DNA from: Eledone cirrhosa
Taxonomy: Eukaryota
Length of the DNA stretch: 64,000 nucleotides
Assembly: GCA_964016885.1 (NCBI GenBank)
Contig: OZ024742.1
Span: 355,446,001-355,510,000, forward strand
Direction of reading: 5' to 3'
Shown here: piece by piece, positions 42,024 to 55,256 of the stretch
How the letters are laid out: each line of letters opens with the position of its first letter
Numbering within the stretch: the stretch's first letter is position 1
Position numbers and translations under genes: made by a program
Notes under the pieces: model-generated
What the model saw: the letters and a program-made list of their open reading frames with translations, nothing else
Databases searched by the model: none
What the model was told of the DNA's origin: nothing

Positions 42024-42027
<4 letters not shown>
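39633..42027. mobile_element. Retrozyme-like array: ~555-bp non-coding monomer, ~2.3 units minus plus ~2 units plus, five intact HHRs
   Basis: HHRs at 39707-39788, 40262-40343, 40815-40896 (-), 41199-41280, 41754-41835 (+); strand switch at CACTG 40931-40935; related fragment at ~52298-52375. Confidence 0.9.
41199..41280 (+). ncRNA. Type I hammerhead with canonical core (representative copy)
   Basis: ACUCC-CUGAUGA-C-GCAAUG..GACAGUU/AACUGUC..CAUUGC-A-GAAA-CUAAUUAG-UU-GGAGU. Confidence 0.85.
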
Positions 42028-42099
<72 letters not shown>

Positions 42100-42143
42100 C
42101 ATATAATATATATATATATATACATATAATATATATATATATT

Positions 42144-42394
<251 letters not shown>

Positions 42395-43089
42395 GAAAAT
42401 AGAGAAATTAATTGTTTAAACTTTAGGCACAAGGCCAGCAATTACCCAGTGCATTAATGTTACTTGATTTTATCGACCCCGTAAGTATGAAAGGCAAAGT
42501 CAAGAGAAATTAATGTGAGCAAGAAGCCAACAGTAGTTCATGATATATAAGTGACTATAACGTCAAAATGGAAAATATTTAACGTAAGTTATGGGAAAAT
42601 AATTCCAACTCAATTTTTAAAAAAAGTCAAGACAGAAATTTTATCCACAGATTTTGTGAAATCCAGGGAAGAAACAAATAGAGTCTTACCTCAGAATAAA
42701 ATTAATGTCAATACTCACCCTTCAATTTGGAAAAACTACAAATGCTCTATTTAGTCTTAAAATGACTATTTCACGAAACGTTTCAGTGGGATTAGTCACA
42801 GTTGGAGTCGTTCATCAGTAGTGCTCAAAACACGATAACCAAAACTCACTGCTAAAATATGCCAGAATGGGAATTTAAAAGCAGTCTAGTACACCTCGTG
42901 CAGAATTATGAAAATAAACACACATGGAGAATATGGTTAGTGACGTCAGAATGAGACGAATGTCTGTTTGCAAGAATACGGCAGTCAAAACATTCCGAAA
43001 AAAACTCAACAAAAATGTATGGAGTTCAGCATATAGCAATATTATCGCGTTCTTTTTTTTAAATATATATATATATATACATATATATG

Positions 43090-43447
43090 TATATTGTTAT
43101 GCTTTGGGAAGGTTATGTTGCCAATAAGAAACACACGCACCAGTTGCTTTCACTTCAATTTATTATACATTAAATTTATAATTTTAGGAATTTATAAATT
43201 TCCGGTAGGTTGGTTGGTTCCACAACTAGACGATTGTTCATATATTGTCAAAATTATTTCGTCACACATTCCAACCGGAAATTTATAAATTCCTAAATTT
43301 ATGAATTTAATTGATAATAAATTGAACTGAAAGCTTCTGGTGCGTGTGTTACTTATTGGAAACATGACCCTCCCAAAGCATAATAATATCGGTTTTAACA
43401 CACGTTGTCAGATGAAGAATCTTGCAAAACAAATTCAGAAACGAAAT
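43090..43447. repeat. Copy of the 5852-6085 family with an internal inverted duplication (43090-43205 vs 43275-43390)
   Basis: Direct sequence comparison. Confidence 0.75.
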
Positions 43448-45141
43448 ATATATATATATATATATATAGTATTAGTTATACTATTTATGGTTATGTAAAC
43501 ACAAAACCTTAAGCAGTTGTAAGTATTTTACACACACCCTAAATAGTGGTAGGCAGTAATGTATTACTACCTTATTACCAGTAAGTTAAGTAGCTCAATG
43601 TAAAAACATCAGATGATTTACAGAGCAGTTATATGAAATATAAGAATCAAAGAACTGTTCAAAACATTATTGTGCTTACAGCTGTTTCCTCCAAACCGAG
43701 GTTTGGATTCTTCGGAGCAATTTATTAATGCATGGACAGTTATATGACCTCCTTTTCAGCCGAGAGACATACCAACACATATTCAAACATTGATACATAT
43801 TCAAACATTGTGGGTCAACATTCATTACAGAATTTAGAGTGGCAGTACACACTTCGAGATTACATTTATATTAATAGGTACAATCAAAAATCAAAGATAT
43901 AGGTTAAAGTACAACATGAAGATAAGTGGTTATATAGTGCAAATGTTATATGTGTGGCACGCATGTGCGTCTTGTTTATATAGTGTGGCAGAGAGATATG
44001 TGTGGTAGAGGCACTTAGGTAGGTAAATAAGAGTGTTAGGTTGGTAGATCTGGTGGCAAAGTCTTTATATGATTGATATAGTCTGTGTGTGGAGAAATAT
44101 TATAAGCATTAAAGATAGTGCAAGCATTAAAAGTGTTATAAGTATTGGAGATGCACAGCGCAGGGATGTCAAGTAATTCATGTACTTCGGTATTTTCATG
44201 GTCAAGGGAGTGTATATTTCGATTATATGCCTTTCACATAATCCACGACAATCCAGTTAGAGATCGTAGTCTGGTGTTCTTTAGTTCGATACAGGAGGTT
44301 GTTACGTTTCGAGAGACGCCATTGAATACCGGAAGTGTGTGTGTGGCTAAGGGGAGTTAATGCATGCGGGGAGGTAACTCTGGGGTTTCTATATCTAGCC
44401 ATTAAAATGTGTCCCAATATAGACCCTAAATTCTATGGTGAGGTGCACCTTCCAAGAGAGACTTTTAAAGCATAAAGTGTACTAACTATAGAGTAGTTTA
44501 ACTAAATTATGCTGAAGGTGATCATATTATTATTAAGGTGGATTAACCCATCTTAAGGTGCTACAAATGGAAATTATAGATGATGAGCGAGGATTCTAAA
44601 TTAATGATCTCTGTGGTTGTAGTCTGCTCATATGACCAGGCGCGGTGATTGCAGGATTGCTTCAGGACCCAATGATCTCTGGTAAGATCTGGGTCATCGC
44701 TTGCTACATTGGATGTCGAAAGATAATCATCCCCAGGCAGGCCAAAGGTCAATCCGCAGTCCTCGCGACCCCTCTCTGACCGTCAGATCATCCATATACG
44801 TACAACCCGCACGGCAGTTGCATTGCATTCACTCACTGCGCTCAGCAGCCTGGTCCTACTGGTCAACAGCGCTACTCGATTAAATCATTTTACATCTGTC
44901 TAAGGAAGGTGTTTCCTCTGCCCAACACCATCCAACCGATCAATTCATGCTCAAATTACCCTTAGAGCGGTGTAGTGCCGTCCAGGTGGGTGGATGTTGT
45001 CACACCTGCCGTAGAGGTATAAATGGGTATTTTCCCTGCGGAGGGTTCCAGAGGGATGTCGTTGTTTGTGTTATAATGGATCAGCTAGTGTTGGGTATGT
45101 AGTATAGGGTGTGTCTCTGGTGTTTGATGCTAGATGTGGTG

Positions 45142-46327
45142 TTAGGTTCCAGTCCGACATTGCTGTATATGGGGCTTAAAGTTTTGGAAGGAATGTCTGA
45201 GGCGGTGCTGGCAAGTTGCAAACACCTCAGATTTTTTGTTAAGTAGGTTACGGTTGGAGAAGATAATATTGTGTGTCTCTAGTATACAGAGGTTACAGAA
45301 TTTATTAGGTGGTTTGTACGAGGTCGCGCTGCCTATCACTTCCCATTTGAGTGTGTATGGTTTATTTTTAGATTTTAGATAGTGTATGTAGCTAGAAAGT
45401 GAGGTGGAGTTGGCTAGGCTGTGCTTTTTGAACGAGTGGATGTGCGAGTTATATCTAATTTTGAAGCAGTTAGAAGTGGAGCCTACATAGGTTTCTGAAG
45501 AGTTATTAGTCGTGACTGTGCATGAGTATATGACATCCTTGGTTAGGCATTTTTTATCTAAAGGGCAGGTTCTATTAGCTCTACAGTTACAATTATTCTG
45601 TGCGTTAGTCCGCTGGTTATAATGCAATGCGGAAGTCTGTGTGGTGGATATAGGATTTTGGGTGTTCAGGTTGACAACCCTGGTGTTATTACTTATACTA
45701 GTGTTATTTCTATTGTTACTGCCGTTGCTATTGTTGCTTGCTACAGTGGTATTTAGAGGGTTTGCATCCCGTTGCGATTTTGTTTGTTGGAAGTAAGAAC
45801 TAATTTTACTATTATTGCTGCTAGCTATGTGGTATGCTAAGTTAGGCGTCGTGGAGTATGAGATTTTAATGGTGTTTTTGTTTAAGAGGTTGTGGTACTT
45901 GTGTTCTAGAGGGAAGTTTTTATCTAGTAGTGAGAAGAAAGCCCTAGGTATGTTGGTGGAGACATTTAGGTTGAAAGGAGGGTTGAAAAATGTATTATTT
46001 CTTCTTCTATTTTTGCTTTTAGTGTTTGGTGTGTTGCTTCCTCCTAAGGCCCCACAGTAGTTTCCATGGTAATGGTTACTTCCGGTGGCACCCTCCGCTT
46101 TGGTGTACTTGTGGTTGCTATTCCTATTATTAGATTTCCTCATGGACATGTTGTGCGAGATGATGTTGTAGCTATGTGTTTTCTTAGGTAGGAACTCAAT
46201 TTCTATATTATGGCCGGAGCTAGCTAATGCTTGATTGTAATATTGTGAGTTTTTGCTAAATATGTTTGCGTCATAGGACAGACTAGAGATTCTATTGGAC
46301 ACCCCCTTAGAGATAGAGTTTAATATT
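45142..46327 (-). pseudogene. PLE thumb-linker-GIY-YIG ORF, intact frame but 5'-truncated
   Basis: NRISSLS, FFNPPF, SYSTTPN, CNCR..CPL..KC, VIY..YVGST, FKIRYNSH, CNLCILE, LNKKSE..TCQH. Confidence 0.9.
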
Positions 46328-47463
46328 GACCAGGCTGCTGAGCGCAGTGAGTGAATGCAATGCAACTGCCGTGCGGGTTGTACGTATATGGATGATCTGA
46401 CGGTCAGAGAGGGGTCGCGAGGACTGCGGATTGACCTTTGGCCTGCCTGGGGATGATTATCTTTCGACATCCAATGTAGCAAGCGATGACCCAGATCTTA
46501 CCAGAGATCATTGGGTCCTGAAGCAATCCTGCAATCACCGCGCCTGGTCATATGAGCAGACTACAACCACAGAGATCATTAATTTAGAATCCTCGCTCAT
46601 CATCTATAATTTCCATTTGTAGCACCTTAAGATGGGTTAATCCACCTTAATAATAATATGATCACCTTCAGCATAATTTAGTTAAACTACTCTATAGTTA
46701 GTACACTTTATGCTTTAAAAGTCTCTCTTGGAAGGTGCACCTCACCATAGAATTTAGGGTCTATATTGGGACACATTTTAATGGCTAGATATAGAAACCC
46801 CAGAGTTACCTCCCCGCATGCATTAACTCCCCTTAGCCACACACACACTTCCGGTATTCAATGGCGTCTCTCGAAACGTAACAACCTCCTGTATCGAACT
46901 AAAGAATACCAGACTACGATCTCTAACTGGATTGTCGTGGATTATGTGAAAGGCATATAATCGAAATATACACTCCCTTGACCATGAAAATACCGAAGTA
47001 CATGAATTACTTGACATCCCTGCGCTGTGCATCTCCAATACTTATAACACTTTTAATGCTTGCACTATCTTTAATGCTTATAATATTTCTCCACACACAG
47101 ACTATATCAATCATATAAAGACTTTGCCACCAGATCTACCAACCTAACACTCTTATTTACCTACCTAAGTGCCTCTACCACACATATCTCTCTGCCACAC
47201 TATATAAACAAGACGCACATGCGTGCCACACATATAACATTTGCACTATATAACCACTTATCTTCATGTTGTACTTTAACCTATATCTTTGATTTTTGAT
47301 TGTACCTATTAATATAAATGTAATCTCGAAGTGTGTACTGCCACTCTAAATTCTGTAATGAATGTTGACCCACAATGTTTGAATATGTATCAATGTTTGA
47401 ATATGTGTTGGTATGTCTCTCGGCTGAAAAGGAGGTCATATAACTGTCCATGCATTAATAAAT

Positions 47464-47510
47464 TGCTCCGAAGAATCCAAACCTCGGTTTGGAGGAAACA
47501 GCTGTAAGCA
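47464..47510 (+). ncRNA. Type I hammerhead, U4C variant (element C)
   Basis: UGCU-CCGAAGA-A-UCCAAACC UC GGUUUGGA-G-GAAA-CAGCUG-UA-AGCA; identical in both arms. Confidence 0.75.
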
Positions 47511-47541
47511 CAATAATGTTTTGAACAGTTCTTTGATTCTT

Positions 47542-47620
<79 letters not shown>

Positions 47621-47625
<5 letters not shown>

Positions 47626-48455
47626 TTAACACAAAATTAATATATTTGATGAACACAAATATCCTCATATTTATGTTTGTATTGTAAATGACCAAGTTAG
47701 CTAGATAGAAATATACTAATAATAATATTACAGTTTGCCTATCATGACTTAAGATAATACATCGTAAATCAACAAAAACAAATTGTATTGGCAATAGCCG
47801 TAGTGCTTGGACAAATTTAAATTTCAAAATCAAACCTGTTCCGTAGACGGGTTTAAACCTTAAAATCCAAATATGTTTCGAATAATGAGAAAGTGGAAGA
47901 AAATACCGAATTTTGATCTCCTCAGCAAACACTATAAAAATTGGTATGTTCCACTTCAATATATTTAGGAAGACTGTTTAGCGCACGAGGTAACCTCATG
48001 CGGTTATCCAGTGTCTAGCTAGCCTCATACTCATGCTGCTAGAAACAACAGCCGTTTGTATGGGGCTAAAATCAGCTCAACGAAGGAGCAGTGAAAAATC
48101 AATAATAATGAGTTCAAATCTCAGGCGATCATTTACAATGAAATAGCTCGAAGAAAGATTATTTCTGAGCCGTATAATATAGGTTAACACAAAATTAATA
48201 TATTTGGTAAACACAAATATACTCATATTTATGTTTGTATTGTAAATGACCAAGTTAGCTAGATAGAAATATACTAATAATAATATTACAGTTTGCCTAT
48301 CATGACTTAAGATAATACATCATAAATCAACAAAAGCAAATTGTATTGGCAATGGCCGTAGTGCTTGGACAAATTTAAATTTCAAAATCAAACCTGTTCC
48401 GTAGACAGGTTTAAACCTTAAATCCAAATAATGAAAAAGTGGAAGAAAATACCGC
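47621..48455. repeat. 1.5 tandem units of ~558 bp between TA-rich tracts
   Basis: ATAGGTTAACACAAAATTAATATATTTG at ~47621 and ~48179; no HHR core recognised. Confidence 0.85.
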
Positions 48456-50022
48456 TCATATGTATGTATATATATATATATACATACATATGAGCGAAAA
48501 AGAAAGATAGAGTGAGAAAGAGATATATATATAGGGGGGTAGAGAGAGAGGGTGAGAGAGAGAGAGAGAATGCGATAGGTAGAGATGTATGTATGCATAC
48601 ATACTCATATGCATATATGCTTTTCTATTTTTAAAAATCACCACATAGGTTTGTTGTTATGGAGTTAACGCAAGTATCAAAAATAAAATTTGGAATAACA
48701 CATTCGATATGTGAAATCTAAAACATTAAACTCTGAACTACATCAACTTAACCAGAATCTTACCACCACAACTGAAAAACTAAATAAATTTACATATTTG
48801 AAGCACGAAATTTTAAAAAATAGATTGTTTACTAGAGATATAAAATCAGTATTTCGTAACTTCATCGTAAACAACAGTCTTCATAAAATACACTCATTCA
48901 GAATCGGAAGTTAGAACCGCCTTTTTGGTTATATGTGTCATCAATGATATATTCTAGGAACGTATATCTAAACTATAATAAACTAAGGAGTGCAGGACTG
49001 CCTACAGTTTATAATTTTTTATCCCATTTGTCAATGGATTACTTTGAATAAATAATTAATGAATATTACATAATTTATCTACTAAATTTCGTGGCTGTTT
49101 ATTGAAAATATTTTATTGTTAATTCAAAGATTCACCTCTTTAAAATTTTGAAATGTCGACACTTCCGGTTAGTGATCGCTTAAATAAACATTCATATATT
49201 GCCGTCACTAATTTTTTCCTAATGCAGTATATATATAATATCGTTTTTTTTAATGTATCATGGATTACGTTACTGATTACGTAAGTGAGTGTAACGTAGT
49301 CTTCGTTCAATTTCTGTGTATATTGTCAATTATGATTGAATTTGATGTATCATATCTACATGCATATATTCTTGCGTATAATATCAATATACACACAACA
49401 CATGCTAGCAGAAAACTATCCTAAGGATAGTTTTTCTGCTCGTGAATATAATATACTTATTGCAAATGTGTTGAATACTAAAATATGGAAAGTCTCAGGA
49501 AAGAATCGCTGGACAGATTTAAAAGGCAAACCCAACCGGAAGGAGATCCAGGCGTAGTCCAAGAGCAAGATAGTTGGATAACACCCATAAGCTTAATTGG
49601 TCTCGCATGGGGATCCTGCTGGGTTAATTGGAGAGGGTTGTTTCTGACAGAACCAGTTGGGAGGGGTCTTTGAAGATTCTGCCCCTACGACCCTCTCAGG
49701 AATAATTGGACGGAGAATAAGGATAGAAGATGGAATTCTTGGCACAGCATTAAAGAAAATGGCAAACAGAATATCCCAAGAGCCAGATATTAAAACATGA
49801 TATTGGTTTAAGCAGCTGATATTTTGTCACTGAGACATCATAATGTATAGAGTGTTAGATGTAAGTGTTATTATGTATTTGTATGAACCCAAAATTCCTG
49901 ATTGAATCGTAGGTCTGTTATACTGATACACAGCGAATCGCAAGCTTTTTACATCTGGTGGGTCCTATCCCTCATCAGATCTGAAAACAACAGCGTTTTC
50001 TTCCAGAGAAGGAGAAGGAGAA

Positions 50023-50106
<84 letters not shown>

Positions 50107-50256
50107 GTATCCAGAAATAGCTGTCGAAACGGCTTGAGCTCTGCCGGCGGGGTTCTGATTATCTTCCTGTTACCCACTCTACTACCAAAAAAATCGAGTA
50201 CTCTGGTGCATTATGGTCCACCCGGTTCCTTACCACACCTCCTTCGTTATATATAA

Positions 50257-50287
<31 letters not shown>

Positions 50288-50548
50288 TAGAGATAGGGAG
50301 GGAGAGAGAGAAAAAGAGAGAGAGGGACGATTCACTCAATACATAAATGGTATAACCCTTTGGACGTATAAAAGATGAAAAACGAGGTTAGCCTAACTGT
50401 AATTTGAGCTTAGTGTGGGAGGTAGAAGAAATACCCTGAAATATCCTCTCCAACGTTCTAACATGAGATATATCCATTCAAATAGCTGCCAACTCTTACC
50501 ATATTACTATTTACAAAAATATTCAAAACAGCCGAGTTGAAATAAAAA

Positions 50549-51277
50549 TCTCTATATATTATAAATAAAAGGTGTTTATAGGTTGGTTGGTTGGTTGAAT
50601 TACATGAAAACCACTCACACACACAAATTACATACACACACACGTAAAGAGAGAGAGACACACACGGAGGGAGAGGCCAAAAGGAAGAGATTGGCCGTTA
50701 TACACAGAGAGGTACAATTAAAGTGTTAGATATTCAGAGAGAGAGCGTGTAAGAGAGAGAGAGAGTAATGTCCCACGAAAGTCTAGTAACGGCTTTACCT
50801 ATTAATCCTTTGACCTATATGAAGGTTTCACAACATTGCGTTAACTATTAAAAAGGCGTTTTACAGTCTTTGATTTAACAGAACAAAGACAAATTTATAC
50901 TATTTGAAATTAATTTATCATCCAGCTTTTATCCATATACTGCTTACAGACCATACTAACGAAGCAACACTTCCGAAGCAAAGTTATGCGGTGTATTGCT
51001 GTGTTTCCGATGACGTCCTTTGGATCGGAAAAAGATCATACTACGGTTATTTCACAACATTCAAAATCCAAGGCCAATGCTACCATTTAATCGGCAGTTT
51101 AATTCCCCAGCCTACTAAGGAGGTTTTATGATTGTTTTCTTTATATCACTCTCACACACGTTCACACACACATTACAGTCTCACCTCATATCAGACAACA
51201 CATCCAATTCAGTCGTTTCCTCTTTTATTTGTCTACTCTTAACTGTTCTCCCGAGCGAAGCCAGGTACATCAGCTAG
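50549..51277 (+). mobile_element. Internally deleted Helitron with a Rep/Hel N-terminal remnant
   Basis: A|TC start; MTSFG and TFKIQGQCYHLIGSLIP motifs; CCCGAGCGAAGCCAGG..CTAG|T end. Confidence 0.8.
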
Positions 51278-52254
51278 TAGGATATACAAGACGATAACAT
51301 ATACACAGGTTGCCTCAGTCTATACATACATGATTTTTGCGCTATGGAAACTATTTTAACACACAAGAAGGCAGTATAAGAATGTATAGAAAACAAGAAA
51401 ACGGGACAAAAAACCACCAGAAAAAAATACCATCGGAAGATGCCTGTAAAATAGCTGTACTAACAGAAATATGTTGACAGTGTTTGCACATAATTGGATT
51501 ATGAAACTGTTACAATTAGCCAAATGTGTACAGTTACGGGCAGTTGCTGTTGAATATATGAAATTATTTGGTACCATTGGTTGCTTTTCAGACGTGATAA
51601 CGATCAACTCAAATCTGAGACTATACATTACAACAAGGCATTCGAAGGTCAATTATATGTTATTGTGGTTCCTTAGATCATTTCATGAATGACAATGAGA
51701 AGATATACTTTACTTAAAACTAATATATATCACTATTTTCAGCAGAGACTCCAATCAGTAAGAGAATACATACACATATATATACGTAAATACGTACACA
51801 CATACATACATAAATACATATACATGAATACATACACACATATATAAATACATATCCAGGCGCATGCTATCATTATAAAAGGGAGAGGAGATTAATCAAT
51901 GGTTAGGTTGTGTACTAATGAATGTTCGTCAAATAATCATTTACTATAATATATATATATATATATATAGTTATACTTCGGGTGGGTCATATTGTTGTAA
52001 TAATATTGCCAGAAATAATAACAGAACACACTCACTGTTTGGTTGGTTTTCGCTTCTGAATCTTTTATATCTCTATAGATAATTCATTTGGCCATCAATG
52101 TTTATCACTGACTGACCAGCGGTGAAAAATACAGATATAAATATATATATATATATAGTCTAGCAAAGCTCTTTCGCTGCACATCTGCAACATCATCAGT
52201 TAATATTATGTTCCTCCTGTCGTATTGTATGTCTACAGCATTTTTATTTTATAT

Positions 52255-52289
<35 letters not shown>

Positions 52290-52373
52290 AAATTTATATC
52301 CAGAAACTAATTAGTTGGAAGTGATTTTTTAGTAAGTAAGTTAATTTTATAATTTTCTTATTTTACGTCTCTC

Positions 52374-52461
<88 letters not shown>

Positions 52462-52481
52462 CTGTGTGTGTGTATGTGTGT

Positions 52482-52524
<43 letters not shown>

Positions 52525-52577
52525 TGTGTGTGTGTGTATGTGTGTGTGTATATATATATACATGCGTGTGTATGTTA

Positions 52578-52628
<51 letters not shown>

Positions 52629-53391
52629 TGCACACATACACATATACATGGTGATTGGAAAGCAACTACCACTTTTAAACTTCTTTTTTTTTTATTTCTT
52701 AACTATCATTTTTACAGGAAATGAACATGAGCAGAAAGCGTATAGCATGGAATTTCATTGAAAAGTCGATATGGTCCGAAACATTCACCACAACATCAAC
52801 TGATTTCACCAGCAACTCTTGAGGAATGGAAGACAGAACTTCTCACAGATAACCCACACACACACATAATTAATAGGACAGAACGTATAGATGCTATATA
52901 GTGTAGATACTAACAGAGATCATATACTATCAAGATATAGATACTATCAAGATACAGATGGTATAAAGGTACAGATACTATCAGATACAGATACCCGCTC
53001 TAGATCCCATCATGGAACGAGTACTCCCTTGATTTGTGATCTCTACCGTATTCGCATCACACACATACTCTCTCTCGCTTTCTCTTTCCCTACCTTACTA
53101 TTTATATATAGTGGGAGGTAGAGTTGCGTTTGTTTTTAATGTACTTTGTTAAATATTGTTTACATTCCCATTTTGTACGTTTCCCCTTCTAAACGAGATT
53201 CTTATGGTATGGCAGCTGTATTACTCATGGCAACAGGCAACCCTTGGGTCTTATAGAGCGTATAGAGTATTACATTTCCAATCTTAACATCATCCAGAAT
53301 CCAACGAGAAATGAATTCATTTTAATGAAATATAATCATATCTTTCACATAATAATGATTAAATGTATAGATACTCGACATAATCAGCGTT

Positions 53392-53478
<87 letters not shown>

Positions 53479-53515
53479 AGTAAGAATATTTTCGAAACAC
53501 CGAGTGGGTTTGAAA

Positions 53516-53733
53516 TTATTAGAAATGTAAGCTATCGCCGTATTTTGACTACATATATTAAAGAAATCATTTAGCCTGATAGTGGGGTTAAGAACCCTTG
53601 GGGAAATGGAAAAAAACATGAATGCGTCAATACTCATCTTTTTCCATTTTCTCCGAGAGTTCTTGACCCCACTATCAGGCTAAATAATTTCTTTAATTTC
53701 TTTAGTCAAAATACGGCGATAGTTTACATTTCT

Positions 53734-53740
<7 letters not shown>
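53516..53740. repeat. Fold-back (~105-bp arms) between (TA)n tracts
   Basis: TTATTAGAAATGTAA..GCCTGATAGTGGGGT / ACCCCACTATCAGGC..TTACATTTCTAATAA. Confidence 0.8.
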
Positions 53741-53803
<63 letters not shown>

Positions 53804-53903
53804 TGAAATTACCGTTGAAAACAGAAAAGGTCATAGAAGTAAAGAGTGATCTATGGAAGTACCAGAGCAAAATTTAATGTATAACAATCAATACAATATA
53901 ATT

Positions 53904-53975
53904 ACCTCATTACCAGAGGTTTCCCGAATGATGCGAATACGAAAGAAACGTCTTCATTCGTTCGTCAGACGAGGC
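53904..53975 (-). ncRNA. Type I hammerhead (element D); partner at 58492-58563 has damaged GAAA and UH
   Basis: GCCUCGU-CUGACGA-A-CGAAUGA/UCAUUCG-G-GAAA-CC UCU GG-UA-AUGAGGU. Confidence 0.75.
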
Positions 53976-55256
53976 AATATAAAACATGGCTAAATACTTG
54001 GAAAGTCTCATGAAGAAAAGCAAAAAAAAAAATAATTATATAAGTATAGATAAAGGAATTACAATAGCCATATGAAATATATAAAAATCTTTCAAGAAAT
54101 ATAGTTAGGTGTGTGTATAAGTATGTATATACGCTCACAGATGTACATATGTGTGTATGTACAAATGTGTGCGTATAGTGAAAAAGTGTACGCAAATATG
54201 TGTTAGGGCAAGTGTATTTGTGTATCTGTAACTACAGACAGACATTATATGATTGTCCGTTTAGCAGGTACACAGAAAAACGGGGTATTAAATACTTTAT
54301 AATAATATGAAAGGACAGTATAATCACACACACACGCATGTACACTTATATGCGGAAGAAAAAGAGGTAAGGGAGTGTAATAGTAAAAAGAAAGTATTAT
54401 TCTCGATATATTTATAAAAATGGAACAATAATTTAGAAAGAAAGAATTAAAGAACAGAAGACAAACAAGGTACACGCGTACACACACACATATATCTACA
54501 AGAAACGTATATCTATAAGAAATATATATATATACACGCAAAAACCTGCAGACAAAAGCATATGCAAACATACATACACACACAGGAAGCACATATATAC
54601 GTATATACGCCACGCCCCATGTATATCTAATCACGCGCACGCACAAGACTGTATACACACTCACACACACACACACACAAATATACATGCCTATATACAT
54701 GCGCACACTTACACATCCATACATTCAGTACGTACACACACACACACACACATACACACACTCACGCATTTTGATCTCTTTACATGCACACACATAATAA
54801 TGAGGATTTAAAAAAACAAAAAACATAGATGTAAAAACACAGATATAAAAACACACATACATACACACATATATATATATATATATATACACGCACGCGC
54901 GCGCACATACGGAGGCGCTCGTGTACATATATAGAAAGTATACACACACTAAGGCGCTCAGACACATAGATACAGGGTGTAAAAAGCCTTGTGGATAAGT
55001 AAGTACAAATATAAAATTATAAGATTGGCTGCGAAATATCAGAAAATATCTGGTGGAAAACGCAAGTGACCTCTGGATCGGAGAATAAGGGGGGGGGGGT
55101 TATTGGTGGATGTGAAGTAAAAAAAAAAAAAAAAAATAAATAAATTAAAAAAAATAAATAAATAAAAATAAAAACAAAAATAAAAATGAAAATAATAAAA
55201 AGGATAAAAATGAAAGTAAATCAGAAAGAGTAGTCATAAAGAGAATAATAAGAGTT

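Larger units (their letters stand above)
43469..47553. mobile_element. Penelope-like element C, young inverted pair (arms 43630-44855 and 46328-47553)
   Basis: ~1225-bp arms almost identical (one mismatch noticed); HHR at 43673-43719(-) and 47464-47510(+); (TA)n on both sides. Confidence 0.93.

Noticed and set aside
39633-42027. CRISPR-like array or plain satellite
   Set aside because: No unique spacers and no cas genes; whole 555-bp units repeat and each holds a ribozyme.
46328-46482. N-terminal ~52 aa of the 446-aa ORF as a novel domain fused to a stand-alone GIY-YIG nuclease
   Set aside because: It is the inverted UTR arm read antisense; the fusion is created by the junction at 46327/46328.
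43630-47553. DNA transposon with long TIRs enclosing a nuclease
   Set aside because: The arms are PLE 3' UTR copies with unequal outer ends; no transposase and no TSD.
49940-49990. Minus-strand CTGATGA with GGG..CCC stem
   Set aside because: No correctly placed GAAA or stem I; CTGATGA is itself within a hairpin arm.
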